NCBI GenBank assembly: GCA_050251945.1 | Contig: JBFWLW010000003.1 | Coordinates: forward strand, 256,001 to 320,000 | DNA: 64,000 nucleotides | Direction: 5' to 3' | Origin: Deferribacterales bacterium | GTDB taxonomy: Bacteria > Chrysiogenota > Deferribacteres > Deferribacterales > Geovibrionaceae | Shown here: one piece after another, positions 63,412 to 64,000 of the stretch | Layout: each line of letters begins with the position of its first letter | Position numbering within the stretch: position 1 is the stretch's first letter | The notes under the pieces: generated by a model | Databases searched by the model: none | What the model saw: only the letters and a program-made list of their open reading frames with translations | What the model was told of the DNA's origin: nothing | Program-made: the position numbers and the translations under genes

Positions 63412-63654
63412 ATGCTAATAACTGAAGAAGAATTACAGGTAAAATTAAAAAACTTTTTAAAAGCAGAGCTAAGGTTAAGAGGATTGACCCATCAATCACT
63501 TGCTGATTTGCTTTCAAAAGATGGTCAATATGTAACAAAGATATCTATTGATAATAAGTTATCGAGAGGGAGCTTTAGTGCCGCATTTTTTTTTCAGTGT
63601 ATAAAAGTCTTAGGGTGCGATATAGACGATCTTCAAAAAATAGTTAAGCTGTAA
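63412..63654 (+). CDS. DUF6471-like small HTH protein
   Basis: LKAELRLRGLTHQSLADLL...NKLSRGSFSAAFFFQCIKVLG; start reassigned to ATG 63412. Confidence 0.75.
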   Translation: MLITEEELQVKLKNFLKAELRLRGLTHQSLADLLSKDGQYVTKISIDNKLSRGSFSAAFFFQCIKVLGCDIDDLQKIVKL

Positions 63655-63701
63655 CTATTTGATTAAGTGCTGTAGGTATTGAATTTAAGGTAGAATTAAA
63701 A

Positions 63702-63885
63702 ATGACAGAAATGAAACTAAAAAGGAGTACTTTATGCTCCACATAAGCTTGTGGACTGGATTGTTGAGTATGTTATGGAGCAGTCCAGTTCTATGTTAGC
63801 AGTATCAGAACCAAACTGTAAAAAGAGTGTATTAATAGACGAATTAATGAAATATGACAATACTATTAAAGTTATTCAGGGGTAA
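63702..63885 (+). pseudogene. Possible decayed N6-adenine DNA methyltransferase N-terminus
   Basis: Removing one A from the A5 run (63719-63723) gives MTEMKLKGVLYAPHKLVDWIVEY...VSEPNCKKSVLIDEL, resembling motif X (GxYYTP) and motif I (LEPSCGxGxF); stops follow. Confidence 0.35.
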
Positions 63886-64000
63886 TGAAATTACATGTAA
63901 TAGCTTATTTTTTGATTTGAAAGTAACAATACATAATTCAGGTATCTTATTTCTGATACAAATGGTTATGACAGTATTAGTTACCAACTATAATTTAAAC

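Larger units (their letters stand above)
54304..64000 (+). mobile_element. Tn7-family transposon inserted at attTn7 (continues beyond window)
   Basis: TGT end 27 bp after the glmS stop, TnsB-site array, tnsA-B-C...tnsD-E, and an abrupt shift to AT-rich sequence. Confidence 0.95.

Overview
Bacterial chromosome segment, probably from a Deferribacterota/deltaproteobacteria-like anaerobe (taxonomy inferred, not verified). It has four blocks. (1) A rearranged replication-origin region, dnaN-recF-gyrB-gyrA-folD-mnmE-mnmG-rsmG. A candidate oriC (DnaA boxes, DnaA-trios, AT tract) sits directly upstream of dnaN and there are two parS sites, but no dnaA or parAB in the window. A tandem double-Hfq gene is transcribed divergently where dnaA normally lies. 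(2) A ~26 kb minus-strand flagellar/chemotaxis cluster (fliR, flhB, flhA, flhF, flhG, fliA, cheB, fliM, fliY/N, cheY, cheZ, cheA, cheR) with a PP2C/STAS partner-switching module and a stack of palindromic repeats between flhB and flhA. (3) A plus-strand housekeeping run: mqnC, GAF kinase, FapA/DUF342, uvrA, amidase, glmU, glmS. (4) An AT-rich Tn7-family transposon inserted at attTn7 in the glmS terminator and running off the window end. Its tnsABC and tnsDE genes are split by an inverted two-gene cassette (2-TM protein plus FlgT-C-like beta protein) and an unannotated 47-aa ORF. They are followed by a DUF6471-like HTH gene with twin palindromic operators and a possible decayed methyltransferase. 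No CRISPR array, cas gene, tRNA or rRNA was recognised.
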